Positions 9,891 to 19,993 are shown, counted from the stretch's first letter. The stretch is DNA of 64,000 nt from an uncultured Alphaproteobacteria bacterium (GCA_964350495.1 CAYGKG010000004.1:1900-65899), one strand, 5' to 3'. Numbers and translations: made by a program. The notes: generated by a model from the letters alone, not told the origin.

Positions 9891-10091
9891 ACGTCACCCA
9901 TCCGTCGATCGGGGCGCTCGGTGGTGCGGATTTCCGTAGTGGTGGCGACGAATGTACGTCGTAGCTGGGGGTCCGCGAGATGGAAGCTTTTGCCTTTCCG
10001 GAGAGACAAACCGCCAAGAATCGGGTGCCAGAGCTTTGTCTGGCCTTCGACGCTGCGAACGTACGCCACGTTCATCGCTTCGGAGGTCTTC

Positions 10092-12038
10092 ATGAAAACA
10101 GTAACGACAGCCACGGCGCTCGCCATGGGTCTACTTGCCGCTAGCCCGATCGACACCGCCCGGTCCCAGGGGTTGTTGCCTGAGACGATCGTCACCGCGA
10201 CTCGGTTGCCGACACCGCGGGAGCGCGTCGCCAGTTCGGTGACGGTCATTACCGCGGCGGATATCGCGGCCAAACAACAACGAACGTTGGTGGACGTGCT
10301 CGGCGACGTGCCGGGTCTACAGGTTGTGCAGTCGGGCGGGTTGGGCAAACAAACCTCGGTGTTCTCGCGCGGGAGCAACAGCAATCACACGCTGATCGTC
10401 ATCGACGGCGTCGAGATGAGCGACGCCAGCACGCCGAACGGGGCGTTCAATTTTGCCCATCTTTTGTCTGCAGACATCGAACGCATTGAAATCGTTCGCG
10501 GCCCGCAAAGCACGTTGTACGGGTCCGATGCGATCGGTGCGGTTATCAATATCACGACGAAACTGGGGTCCGGCCCTGCGCAGTATTTCGTGCATGGCGA
10601 AGGCGGGTCCTTCGACACCATCGCCGGCACGCTCCAGGCGCAGGGAAGCCGCGGGCGTCTTCAGTATGCCCTTGGGACAAGCTACCTCGATAGCGACGGC
10701 GAGAGCGTGACGCCCGCGCGCATTCGTGCCCTGCAGGCAGGCGCTACCGAGGAAGATGACGGTTACACCCAGCGTTCGGCATCGGTGCGTCTCGCCTATG
10801 AGGCCTCCGAAAGCGTGAACTTCGGTTTCGCGCTGCACCACATCAGAACCCGGTCCGAAACCGATCAACCGATCGAAGACCCCGATGCCTACGAACGGAC
10901 CCGTCAGTGGTTTGGCCGGGCGGACGCCACATTGGATTTCTTTGGCGGACTCATGGAATCGATTGTCGGCGCGTCGGTGACCCGCCACACACGGGATTCG
11001 TTCAATGTGCCTGGGATCGCTAACACGTTGCAGCGGAGCGACGATCTGGGAACAAAAACCAAGTTCGAAGTCCAAAACAGTTTCTTCGCGATTGACGATC
11101 ACGTTCTAACCTTGGGCCTGGAAACCGAACTCGATTCGCTGAAGAACGTGCAGTTCTCCAACTTCAGCGGTTTCACAATCGTGGGGACGACCGATTCGGA
11201 CGCCCGGACGAACGCGGCCTACGTCCAGGATCAGTTTGTGCTCGGCGAACGGGTGTTCGGCACTGTCGGCATTCGCTACGACGATCACGACACGTTGGGA
11301 TCGAAACTCACTTTCCGGTTAGCGCCGGTCGTCGCCTTTCCTGAGCACGGGCTTCGCCTCAAAGGAGCGGTCGGAACGGGGTTTCGTGCGCCCGCCTTGT
11401 TTCAGCTGTTCGGCAACACGCGTAGCAGCAACGGCGGTGTCTTTACCGGCGATCCCAATCTGCGCGCCGAAGAAAGCATGGGGTGGGAAGTTGGCTTCGA
11501 GCAAACGATGTTGGCCGGCAAGGTCGTGATGGGATCGACTTATTTCGATCAAGAAATCAAGAACCTGCTTGAGACGAAGTTCACAGGTTCGAACTCCACC
11601 GTCATTAACCTAGCGCGCGCGGACATCTTTGGGTTCGAGTCGTTTATCAGTGCAAGCGTGACTCCGACAGTTACGGTCAGGCTCGACCACACTTTCACCC
11701 GTGCCGAAAACAAAGCCACAGGTGGAGACTTGCGGCGGCGGCCTAAACAAAAACTTAGCGCCGACGTTCGCTACCAAGCGAGCGACCGGTTGTCGGTTGT
11801 CGGCGGTATGCGGTTTAACGGGCCGGGAAAGGACGTTTCCGGAAATCCGCTTGCGTCGTCCCAAGAGATCAACAAGGGAAGTCACACCCTCGTGGACGTT
11901 TCGGCAAATTACGACGTCAACGACGACGCGTCGCTATTCGGCAGGATCAATAACCTGCTGAACCGGAAGTATGAGACTGCCGATGGGTTGGCAGGGGCGA
12001 GCCGCGCGGTTGTCGTCGGCGCCCGCCTGAGGTTCTGA
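10092..12038 (+). CDS. btuB: TonB-dependent outer-membrane cobalamin receptor
   Basis: Signal peptide MKTVTTATALAMGLLAASPIDTARSQ. A TonB-box-like ETIVTATR follows, then the plug and barrel domains. The C-terminal residue is aromatic (RLRF). GGAGG lies upstream. The gene is downstream of the B12 riboswitch. The ORF-track start at 9825 would cut through the riboswitch. Confidence 0.85.
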   Translation: MKTVTTATALAMGLLAASPIDTARSQGLLPETIVTATRLPTPRERVASSVTVITAADIAAKQQRTLVDVLGDVPGLQVVQSGGLGKQTSVFSRGSNSNHTLIVIDGVEMSDASTPNGAFNFAHLLSADIERIEIVRGPQSTLYGSDAIGAVINITTKLGSGPAQYFVHGEGGSFDTIAGTLQAQGSRGRLQYALGTSYLDSDGESVTPARIRALQAGATEEDDGYTQRSASVRLAYEASESVNFGFALHHIRTRSETDQPIEDPDAYERTRQWFGRADATLDFFGGLMESIVGASVTRHTRDSFNVPGIANTLQRSDDLGTKTKFEVQNSFFAIDDHVLTLGLETELDSLKNVQFSNFSGFTIVGTTDSDARTNAAYVQDQFVLGERVFGTVGIRYDDHDTLGSKLTFRLAPVVAFPEHGLRLKGAVGTGFRAPALFQLFGNTRSSNGGVFTGDPNLRAEESMGWEVGFEQTMLAGKVVMGSTYFDQEIKNLLETKFTGSNSTVINLARADIFGFESFISASVTPTVTVRLDHTFTRAENKATGGDLRRRPKQKLSADVRYQASDRLSVVGGMRFNGPGKDVSGNPLASSQEINKGSHTLVDVSANYDVNDDASLFGRINNLLNRKYETADGLAGASRAVVVGARLRF

Positions 12039-12040
12039 GC

Positions 12041-12868
12041 GTGGCGGCACGACGGTCCCTGATGCTTGCCATCGTGTTGGTAGGGGCTTTGGCCGTCGCG
12101 TCGACTTCCGCCGGCGCACAGGTGGCGATGCGAGTCGTTTCGATCAATCTGTGCGCCGACCAGTTGGTGTCGCTGTTGGCGAATCGTGAAAGCATTCTGT
12201 CTGTCACCCACCTATCGGCCGACCCCTCGATCTCCTATGTGGCGAGCCGGGTTACGGACATACCGGTCAACTACGGTCGGTCCGAAGAAGTACTGGCGCT
12301 GCGACCGGATCTGGTTGTGGCCGGACGCTTTGCCGCTCGACCGGCAGTCGCCATGCTCCAACGGTTTGGCGTCGAGGTTGTCGATCTCCCGATCCCCGAA
12401 TCCTTTGCCGACATTCGCGCCCAGGTCCGCTTCCTGTCGCGGCGACTTGGTGTCGCGCCCCGCGGTGAAGAAATGGTCGAGGAAATGGACCGTCAGTTGG
12501 GCGCCATTTCGATCGGCGACCGCCCGGGGCCACGGGCGTTAGTGCTGGGAGTCCGTGGGTTTACCAGCGGTACTGGCACTTTGGTCGATGAGGTGCTTGC
12601 GGCGGCCGGTCTTCGGAATGTTGCGGTCGAGCTAGGCATTGACGGCTACGGTCAAATCGGATTGGAGGAAATTCTTCGGGCAGACCCGGAGATCGTCGTG
12701 ATCAATCAACCGACGGCGGCCTTTCCGTCGCTTGCCCGCGATGTGCTGGCGCACCCTGCGCTTCGGCATTTCGGCGGCCGGATCATTCAGATCGACCCTT
12801 CGTTATGGACCTGCGGCGGCCCCTATACCGTGGAGGCTGTGACGTTTCTGGCCCGGGCGACGCAATGA
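12041..12868 (+). CDS. btuF: Periplasmic cobalamin-binding protein of an ABC transporter (BtuF/FecB-like)
   Basis: GTG start followed by a signal peptide (MAARRSLMLAIVLVGALAVASTSAGA), then a class III periplasmic-binding-protein fold. It sits inside the btuB-btuCD operon. Confidence 0.75.
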   Translation: MAARRSLMLAIVLVGALAVASTSAGAQVAMRVVSINLCADQLVSLLANRESILSVTHLSADPSISYVASRVTDIPVNYGRSEEVLALRPDLVVAGRFAARPAVAMLQRFGVEVVDLPIPESFADIRAQVRFLSRRLGVAPRGEEMVEEMDRQLGAISIGDRPGPRALVLGVRGFTSGTGTLVDEVLAAAGLRNVAVELGIDGYGQIGLEEILRADPEIVVINQPTAAFPSLARDVLAHPALRHFGGRIIQIDPSLWTCGGPYTVEAVTFLARATQ

Positions 12869-13899
12869 CCGCGGTCTCCCCGGAACCGTCCGCGACCCCG
12901 CCGCGCGCACGCTCGGACGCAGGGTTGATCGTTGCACTCGGGCTTCTCGTCTTGGTCCTAGTGTTCGTTTCGATGGTTGTTGGGCGCGTCCCCCTCGCTT
13001 TCATCGAGACCGTGGGTCAGTTGATGACGGGTACCGACACAACCGCTGCCTTGATCTTGAGCGAGATTCGTTTTCCTCGGGCGCTTCTCGCCGCGTTGGT
13101 TGGCGCGACCTTAGGGGCTGCCGGCGCCGCGATGCAGGGCCTGCTAAGGAACCCATTGGCCGAACCCGGCATTCTCGGAATCTCGGCATCGGCCGGCCTC
13201 GGCGCCGTCATAGCCCTCTATTTCGGTCTTGCTCAAGCATCGAGCTATGCGCTGCCGTTTGCCGGCATGACAGGCGCGCTGATAGCGGTCCTGCTGACCT
13301 ATGTGTTGGCGGGGCGGGATGCGAGCATTCTGACGCTGATACTGGCGGGCGTCGCCCTGAATGCGTTTGCGGGGGCGCTGACCTCCCTTGCCCTCAATCT
13401 TGCACCTAGCCCCTATGCGGCGCTTGAAATCGTTTTCTGGATGCTGGGATCGTTGGCCGACCGGTCCTTCGATCACGTCAGAATCGCTCTGCCCCTCATG
13501 GTCGTGGGAGCCGTCCTTTTGGCTGGAACCGGGCGGGCGCTCAATGCGCTGTCGCTTGGGGAGGATGTCGCTCGCTCGCTCGGGGTCAATCTGCGTGTCG
13601 TTCGCGCGCGGCTTATTGTCGGAACTGCCTTCGCCGTCGGCGCCGCGGTGTCGGTCTCTGGAACGATCGGGTTCGTCGGCCTTGTGGTTCCGCATCTCCT
13701 CCGACCTTTGGTCGGGCATGAGCCCGGTCGGCTCATGCTTCCCAGCGCCCTCGGCGGCGCGGCGCTTGTGTTGGCGGCCGATATCGCGACGCGTCTCGTC
13801 CCGGTCGAGCCTGATCTTCAGTTGGGGGTGGTGACGGCGATCGTCGGTGCGCCGTTCTTTCTCTATCTCCTATTGCATATTCGCCGGTCCATGCGATGA
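12865..13899 (+). CDS. btuC: FecCD-family ABC permease (BtuC-like)
   Basis: About 10 TM helices in FecCD layout. Its ATG overlaps the btuF stop (ATGA). Confidence 0.8.
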   Translation: MTAVSPEPSATPPRARSDAGLIVALGLLVLVLVFVSMVVGRVPLAFIETVGQLMTGTDTTAALILSEIRFPRALLAALVGATLGAAGAAMQGLLRNPLAEPGILGISASAGLGAVIALYFGLAQASSYALPFAGMTGALIAVLLTYVLAGRDASILTLILAGVALNAFAGALTSLALNLAPSPYAALEIVFWMLGSLADRSFDHVRIALPLMVVGAVLLAGTGRALNALSLGEDVARSLGVNLRVVRARLIVGTAFAVGAAVSVSGTIGFVGLVVPHLLRPLVGHEPGRLMLPSALGGAALVLAADIATRLVPVEPDLQLGVVTAIVGAPFFLYLLLHIRRSMR

Positions 13900-14696
13900 G
13901 AGGCATTCAGGCAATAGACATTTCGGTGACCTTGGGCGGTCGGTCGGTGTTGCAGGGCGTGTCCCTGGATGGCGCCGCCGGGACGCTGATTGGCCTGATC
14001 GGACCCAACGGCTCCGGCAAGACGACGTTGTTGCGAACTCTTGCGGGGTTGCAGCGGTGCGCGGCCGGGAGTGTGAGAATCGATGGAAGCCCCATCGAGG
14101 CAATTGCCCGTTCTGCGTTGGCGCGCCAAGTGTCGTACTTGCCGCCCGGTGCCGAGATTCATTGGCCTCTCACGGTCGAACGCCTCGTTGCGCTCGGTCG
14201 CATACCGCACCTGGACGGGTGGCAGCGCCTCCGCGGGCCCGATCACGCGGCAATCAATCGGGCGATCGACGCCGTTGGCGCCGCTCACCTAACCGGTCGG
14301 ACAGTCTCGACACTTTCAACCGGTGAACGTGCCCGTGTGGTCCTCGCGCGCGCCTTGGCGAACGACCCGGCGATCCTACTTGCCGATGAGCCGGTTGCGT
14401 CGCTTGACCTCAACCAGCAACTCTTGGTCCTCGACCTCATTCGGGACCGCTGCAAGGCTGGAAAGACCGCGGTCGTGGTTCTGCACGACCTCAGTCTCGC
14501 CGCGCGATATTGCGATCGAACCTTTTTGCTCCATGAAGGCCGAGTCTTCGCCGATGGCCTCCCAGACGCCGTTCTCGTACCGGCGAACCTGCGTGCCGCC
14601 TACGGCGTCGAGGGCGAACTGATCCATCACCTTGGCGTGCCAAGTGTCGTGGCACTGCGGCGCCTTGACGGGCCGTCGTCGAAGGGGACGCCGTGA
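13896..14696 (+). CDS. btuD: ABC transporter ATP-binding protein (BtuD/FecE-like)
   Basis: Walker A GPNGSGKTTLL, ABC signature LSTGERARV, Walker B ILLADEP. Its ATG overlaps the btuC stop (ATGA). Confidence 0.85.
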   Translation: MRGIQAIDISVTLGGRSVLQGVSLDGAAGTLIGLIGPNGSGKTTLLRTLAGLQRCAAGSVRIDGSPIEAIARSALARQVSYLPPGAEIHWPLTVERLVALGRIPHLDGWQRLRGPDHAAINRAIDAVGAAHLTGRTVSTLSTGERARVVLARALANDPAILLADEPVASLDLNQQLLVLDLIRDRCKAGKTAVVVLHDLSLAARYCDRTFLLHEGRVFADGLPDAVLVPANLRAAYGVEGELIHHLGVPSVVALRRLDGPSSKGTP

Positions 14697-15685
14697 GAGC
14701 GCTCGGCCTCGGGCTCTATCTCTCTGCGACCGTCCATGTGGTCGCGATAGGCGCGATGCTCGTTGGCTTCCCGGGTACGGGGTCGTCCCCCGATCAACCG
14801 GACATCGTCGTTACCGAATTGATCTTTGAAGCTAGCAGCGCGCAACCGGAATCAAGGAATGCCAGTATTGAGGTCGCAACCCACGGTGCGGACGACTTAC
14901 CGGGGTCGGCACCTGCGACTGTGGGCGCTGACAAACCGGTCGCTGCCGATCCGGTTGGCGAGGAGGCAGGACCAATGCCGGCCTCGGGGACTCCCGTGGA
15001 GGACAACACCGCAACTCCTTTTCGCGAGGAACCGGTCGTTGCGGAGGCGGTGCAAATGGCGTCGTCGTCCCCAGTTGGACCAATCGCCGCGGCGCAGACC
15101 AACGCGCCACCGGGTCGTCCGGAAGTCCAATGGCACGGACCGGCACCGCGTAATAAGCCTGCGCCACCGCCGCATACGCAGCGCACCGCAGCGTCACCAT
15201 TGGCGGCGGAACGCGCCGTTGCCGCCCTGGCGCCCCAGGCGCTGCCGACAGGAAGCGATGCGGTGCCCCATCCCGTGGATCGACCGACGGCATCGCCGCC
15301 TCCGGTTCAGAGCCAGAGCAACCTTACCGCGCGACCCTCGCATGGCGCGGTAGGTGCGGTGCCTTCCGACACGGTAGAGACAGTTCCGGCGCAGTACGCC
15401 GGGATCGCCCTTGGCAATCGCTCGCCAGCGTACCCCTACGCCGCCCGCCGGATCGGCGTCGAGGGGCGGGTCGTTATCGGGGTGACGGTCGGGCGCGATG
15501 GCTTTGTTGCCAATGCAGCGATCGCTGAATCCAGCGGTCACCGACTTCTGGACCGCGCGGCGTTGGAGGCCGTGCGTGATTGGAGGTTCATCCCCGCCAA
15601 GCGCGCGGGTCAGCCGGTTGCATCGACCATTGCCGTGCCCATCGTTTTTCGTCTTGCGAACGAATCCGCACCCATAAGCAAGTAG
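14693..15685 (+). CDS. tonB: TonB-family energy transducer
   Basis: N-terminal TM helix, a long Pro/Ala-rich spacer, and a C-terminal TonB domain (GVEGRVVIGVTVGRDGFV...EAVRDWRFIPAKRAGQPV). Its GTG start overlaps the btuD stop (GTGA). Confidence 0.75.
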   Translation: MRALGLGLYLSATVHVVAIGAMLVGFPGTGSSPDQPDIVVTELIFEASSAQPESRNASIEVATHGADDLPGSAPATVGADKPVAADPVGEEAGPMPASGTPVEDNTATPFREEPVVAEAVQMASSSPVGPIAAAQTNAPPGRPEVQWHGPAPRNKPAPPPHTQRTAASPLAAERAVAALAPQALPTGSDAVPHPVDRPTASPPPVQSQSNLTARPSHGAVGAVPSDTVETVPAQYAGIALGNRSPAYPYAARRIGVEGRVVIGVTVGRDGFVANAAIAESSGHRLLDRAALEAVRDWRFIPAKRAGQPVASTIAVPIVFRLANESAPISK

Positions 15686-15765
15686 CTGGCGCGCCTTTGC
15701 GGTGACGGCGGTGGCGCGCATCGCTAGTCTTGCGCTGGGATTGTCATGAGCGTCAGGGGCGGAAC

Positions 15766-18084
15766 GTGAAAGCAGGTTTAGGAGAGGCGGTCGTCAGGGC
15801 CGAGGACGATCGATTGTTGTCCGGTCGCGGGCGCTATACCGACGATCACGTTCTACCCGGTGAGGCCCGCGCTGTGGTTCTGCGGTCGCCGCACGCCGCG
15901 GCGGTGATTCTCCGCATTGATACCGGGGGGGCGGCGGCGATGCCCGGAGTCCTTTCTGTTTTGACCGGCAAGGACATCCTGGCCGCCGGGTTGGGGTCTG
16001 CAGCCTCGATGGCCGACTACAAGCGGCCCGACGGTTCGCCCATGTTCAAGGCAGCGCGCCGCCCGCTTGTGGTCGACGGACGAGTCCGGTTCGTCGGCGA
16101 TCCTGTTGCGTTTGTCGTCGCCGAAACGCTGGAGATCGCCCGTGCGGCCGCGGAGGCCATTGTGGTCGACTATGAACCATTAGCGGCGGTGATCGATCCG
16201 CTCGATGCGTTGAAGCCCGGGGCCGCCGCAGTCTGGGATGAATGCCCCGACAACGTCTCGTTCCGTTTCGAGGCGGGCGATCGGGACGCGGTCGCGGCGG
16301 CCTTCGCTCGCGCGGACCACGTCACGCGTCTTGACCTGGTGATTAACCGGGTGTCGGCGGCGCCTATGGAACCGCGCGCCGCCGTCGCCGCCTTCGACCC
16401 CATCGGCGAACGGCTCGTGCTCTACTGCGGCGTCCAAAATCCGCACATCACCCGCCGTGTCCTGGCGCGACAGTTTCTCGACATCCCCGAAACGCAACTA
16501 CGGATTGTCAGCCCAGATATGGGTGGAGCGTTTGGCATGCGGTCCTCGCCGTATCCGGAAATGTCTTTGGTCTTGCATGCGGCGCGGCTTTTGAGGCGCC
16601 CAGTCCGCTGGACGATCGAGCGGTCGGAGGCGTTTATCGCTGACGATCAGGCACGGGACAATCGAACCCACGCCGAGCTGGCCTTGAGCAAAGACGGGAC
16701 GTTTTTGGCGCTGCGCGTCGAGACGGTTGCCGCGCTCGGCGCTTATGTTTCGATGGGCGGTGCCGGGCCGGCGACACTGAACATCGGCGGGCTGGCAGGC
16801 GTCTATCGGACTCCAGCCATCCATGTCGCCGTGACGGGAGCACTGTCAAACACACCATCGATCTCGGCTTATCGCGGCGCAGGCCGGCCTGAGGCTTCGT
16901 ACACCATCGAACGATTGATCGATGCGGCGGCACGGGAGCTCGGCATCGACCGCGTCGATCTGCGGCGACGCAATACGATCGGTACGCAGGAAATGCCGTT
17001 CAAGACGGGATTGGTCTTCACCTACGATTGCGGCGAGTTCGAGCGCAACATGGACCTGGCCTTAGAGACAATCGGGTACGACGGCTACCGGCGCCGCGCC
17101 GAGGAATCGGTCGGGAACGGAAAGCTGCGCGGCTTCGGATTAGCCAACGTGATCGAGCGGGCAGCGGCGCTCGGTGAGGAAACCGCCGAGATTCGTTTCG
17201 ATCCGTCGGGTGGGGTCACGCTCCTCATGGGAACCCATTCCCATGGCCAGGGCCACGAAACGGTGTTCAAACAACTTCTGTCCGGAAAACTGGGGTTGGA
17301 TTTCGACGACGTTCGCTACGTACAAGGCGATACGGACCTTGTCGCACACGGCTTCGGGACGTTTGGTTCGCGCTCCTCTGGCCTAGGCGGCGCGGCGTTG
17401 GAGCGTGCGGCGGATAAGATCGTCGAAAAGTGCAAGCTGATCGTGGCGCACGCGATGGAGACCGACCCGGCCGACATCGAGTTTGGGGACGGCGTGTTCT
17501 CCGTTGTTGGCACTGACCGCCGTACCACACTCCTTGAGGCGGCGGCGCAAGCTTTCAATGCACAGAAGTTACCGCCCGGTATGGAAGCCGGCCTGCACGA
17601 ACGCGCCGCGTTCTCGCCGATTGGCGCAACCTTCCCTAATGGGTGTCACGCCTGCGAGGTCGAGATCGATCCCGAGACGGGCACGGTCGAAATCCTGCGC
17701 TACGTCGTTGTTGACGATGTCGGCACCGTCATGAATCCGATGTTGCTGAAGGGGCAGATACATGGGGGCATCGCCCAGGGGATCGGCCAGATCGGTATGG
17801 AGGACATTGTGTGGGACTCGGAGACCGGGCAGCAGCTCTCTGGTTCTTTCATGGATTATTGCATGCCGAGGGCGCTTGATTTTCCGTTCTTTGAGGTTCT
17901 CAGCAACCCGGTTCCGACGGCCTTGAATCCGCTTGGGATCAAGGGGGCGGGCGAGGCCGGCACGGTTGGGGCGATGCCCTGTCTGATGAACGCCATCGTC
18001 GATGCACTCGGCGCACGCGGCGTCCACGCGCTTGACATGCCGGCGACGCCGCACCGAGTTTGGCAGGCGCTTCACAAAGGCTAA
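15766..18084 (+). CDS. Xanthine-dehydrogenase-family molybdopterin-binding subunit (form-II CoxL-like)
   Basis: Aldehyde-oxidase/XDH a/b hammerhead and molybdopterin-binding domains are present. The active-site loop is AYRGAGR, the form-II CoxL-like variant, not the VAYRCSFR of true CO dehydrogenase. Start is assigned to GTG 15766 (VKAGLGEAVVRAEDDRLLSGRGRYTDD). Confidence 0.8.
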   Translation: MKAGLGEAVVRAEDDRLLSGRGRYTDDHVLPGEARAVVLRSPHAAAVILRIDTGGAAAMPGVLSVLTGKDILAAGLGSAASMADYKRPDGSPMFKAARRPLVVDGRVRFVGDPVAFVVAETLEIARAAAEAIVVDYEPLAAVIDPLDALKPGAAAVWDECPDNVSFRFEAGDRDAVAAAFARADHVTRLDLVINRVSAAPMEPRAAVAAFDPIGERLVLYCGVQNPHITRRVLARQFLDIPETQLRIVSPDMGGAFGMRSSPYPEMSLVLHAARLLRRPVRWTIERSEAFIADDQARDNRTHAELALSKDGTFLALRVETVAALGAYVSMGGAGPATLNIGGLAGVYRTPAIHVAVTGALSNTPSISAYRGAGRPEASYTIERLIDAAARELGIDRVDLRRRNTIGTQEMPFKTGLVFTYDCGEFERNMDLALETIGYDGYRRRAEESVGNGKLRGFGLANVIERAAALGEETAEIRFDPSGGVTLLMGTHSHGQGHETVFKQLLSGKLGLDFDDVRYVQGDTDLVAHGFGTFGSRSSGLGGAALERAADKIVEKCKLIVAHAMETDPADIEFGDGVFSVVGTDRRTTLLEAAAQAFNAQKLPPGMEAGLHERAAFSPIGATFPNGCHACEVEIDPETGTVEILRYVVVDDVGTVMNPMLLKGQIHGGIAQGIGQIGMEDIVWDSETGQQLSGSFMDYCMPRALDFPFFEVLSNPVPTALNPLGIKGAGEAGTVGAMPCLMNAIVDALGARGVHALDMPATPHRVWQALHKG

Positions 18085-19283
18085 GCGGTGGCGCGGGCCG
18101 CGACGTTGAGGGGACGTTCCAGGATGCGTGTTAGCTCGCCGGCTGGAACCGGGGGCGAGATAAGATACCCCTGCGCGTAGTCGCAACCGGCTTTGGTGAG
18201 GTAGTCGAATGCAACCTGCGTTTCGACGCCTTCTGCGCAAACACTCAGTCCAAGATTATGGGCAAGATCGACGATAGAGCGAACGATGTGTGCCGCTTCG
18301 TCGTCGTCTGGCAACGAATGGACAAAGGATCGATCGATCTTCAATTCGCCAAAGGGCATCCGGTACAGTTGTATGAGCGACGAGTAGCCTGTACCGAAAT
18401 CGTCAATTGAGAGCTGCACGCCTTTGAGGCGAAACCGGGTCAGAATGTCCATCGACAGCGCCACGTTCTGCATCGCGCTTGTTTCGGTGACTTCAAGGAT
18501 GAGGAACGCAGGGGCAATACCGCCCTCTTTCAAGAGGTCGGCAATCGTGTCCGGCAACGTGATGTCCGTGAGCAGGGCGGGCGATAGGTTGACCGCCGCC
18601 GCGAGTTGGTGTCCGGCCGTGTGCCAAATCTTTAGATCGGCGATCACGCGTTCGATCATTTCCAGTGTGAGAGGCAGGATGGCGCCCGACTCTTCGGCAA
18701 TCCAAACGTACCGATCGGGTCCGACCAAGCCGATGTGGGCGTGGTTCCAGCGCGAAAGGGCTTCGATGCCCATTATTGCTGCCGGTTGTTGCGATTTTGG
18801 CAGGAGAACCTTCGGTTGATAGTAGTTGACGAACTCGCCATTCGCGATGCCGGCGGCGATACGCTCGGCATCGACGATCGACGCCGGCGCGCCGCGCCCT
18901 TTGCCCAACAGCGCTTTCATGCTGGAAACGGAAAAGGGTTTCCTTAGGTATCCGGCAATGTCGAGCTTTAGGTTCCCGGCGATCCGTTCGGCGGATCTTA
19001 GCGTGCGATCGTCCATGCCGCTCATCAGGACTATCTTGGAACGGCAGCCGACAGCGGCGAGGCGGCGGAGGACCTCGACGCCGTCACAGTCAGGCATCAC
19101 GAGATCCAGCATGATCACGTCTGGTGGGAGCGTGTCGAAGTGCTGCCAGAAAGCCGCGCCGTTCTCGCCGGTTCGCACGGAATAGCCCATCGACTCGGCA
19201 ACTTCCTCAACAATGCTGAGGATGCCCGGCTCATCGTCTGCGGCCAGCAGTCTTAAGGGTCGGTCCATGCCCCGGAATACCAA
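18081..19283 (-). CDS. Response-regulator receiver fused to an EAL c-di-GMP phosphodiesterase domain
   Basis: N-terminal REC domain (LLAADDEPGIL...DVIMLDLVMPDCDG) followed by an EAL domain with LILEVTETS and DDFGTGYSS motifs. Confidence 0.8.
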   Translation of the reverse strand: MVFRGMDRPLRLLAADDEPGILSIVEEVAESMGYSVRTGENGAAFWQHFDTLPPDVIMLDLVMPDCDGVEVLRRLAAVGCRSKIVLMSGMDDRTLRSAERIAGNLKLDIAGYLRKPFSVSSMKALLGKGRGAPASIVDAERIAAGIANGEFVNYYQPKVLLPKSQQPAAIMGIEALSRWNHAHIGLVGPDRYVWIAEESGAILPLTLEMIERVIADLKIWHTAGHQLAAAVNLSPALLTDITLPDTIADLLKEGGIAPAFLILEVTETSAMQNVALSMDILTRFRLKGVQLSIDDFGTGYSSLIQLYRMPFGELKIDRSFVHSLPDDDEAAHIVRSIVDLAHNLGLSVCAEGVETQVAFDYLTKAGCDYAQGYLISPPVPAGELTRILERPLNVAARATA

Positions 19284-19363
19284 GGGTCGGGCGTTCGCGA
19301 TACGCGGGGCCGCCCGTAGCCGACACGGTGCTCTACTTATTGGGGCGAGCCCACCCGCCGAGG

Positions 19364-19993
19364 TCAGGCTTCCGGACGCTGAATTCCGGCATCGATCGCG
19401 ATCTGTACCAATCCGGCGATGGACGATGCTTCCATCTTCTTCATCATGCGCATGCGTTGGACTTCGACGGTCCGTGGCGAGGTGTCGAGGGCCCGTGCGA
19501 TTTCCTTGTTCGATAGACCTTCCACGACCATTTCGAGGACCGTTCGTTCGCGCTCGGTCAAGGATTCCAGCCGCGTTGCAATCGCGGTCTTGGTGCGGTG
19601 GCGTTCGCGGTTTTCCGAATCCGCCCGGAGGCAGTTCTGGATCGAATCCAAAAGATCCTGAGCGCGAAAGGGTTTTTCGACAAATTCATGCGCGCCTGTG
19701 CGCATTGCCTCGACGGTCATGGGGATATCGCCGTACCCGGTAAGAACGATCACGGGTGGTGGGACCGGCTGTTCCTGAAGTTTCTTTTGTATTTCGAGTC
19801 CGCTGGTGCCGGGCATGCGGACATCCAAAATCACGCAGCCCGGAACAGTCGGTTGGTAGGCCGCTAGGAAATCGTCGCCGTTCTCGAATGTCTGGGACTG
19901 CAACCCGACCGTCTTGACGAGGTCGACGATGATTTGCCGAATGCCTTCGTCATCGTCGACAACGAAGACGGTAGGTGCGTCTTGACCGCTCAT
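19364..19993 (-). CDS. FixJ/NarL-family response regulator (REC + LuxR-type HTH)
   Basis: REC domain (VFVVDDDEGIR...CVILDVRMPGTSG) and a C-terminal LuxR HTH (LTERERTVLEMVVEGLSNKEIARALDTSPRTVEVQR). Confidence 0.85.
   Translation of the reverse strand: MSGQDAPTVFVVDDDEGIRQIIVDLVKTVGLQSQTFENGDDFLAAYQPTVPGCVILDVRMPGTSGLEIQKKLQEQPVPPPVIVLTGYGDIPMTVEAMRTGAHEFVEKPFRAQDLLDSIQNCLRADSENRERHRTKTAIATRLESLTERERTVLEMVVEGLSNKEIARALDTSPRTVEVQRMRMMKKMEASSIAGLVQIAIDAGIQRPEA

Noticed and set aside
9677-10384. A 235-aa minus-strand ORF and the ORF-track start (9825) of the TonB-dependent receptor, both overlapping the riboswitch region.
   Set aside because: The region contains a recognisable cobalamin riboswitch. 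The receptor has a proper signal peptide and GGAGG only at ATG 10092. The upstream in-frame extension is leader RNA, not coding.
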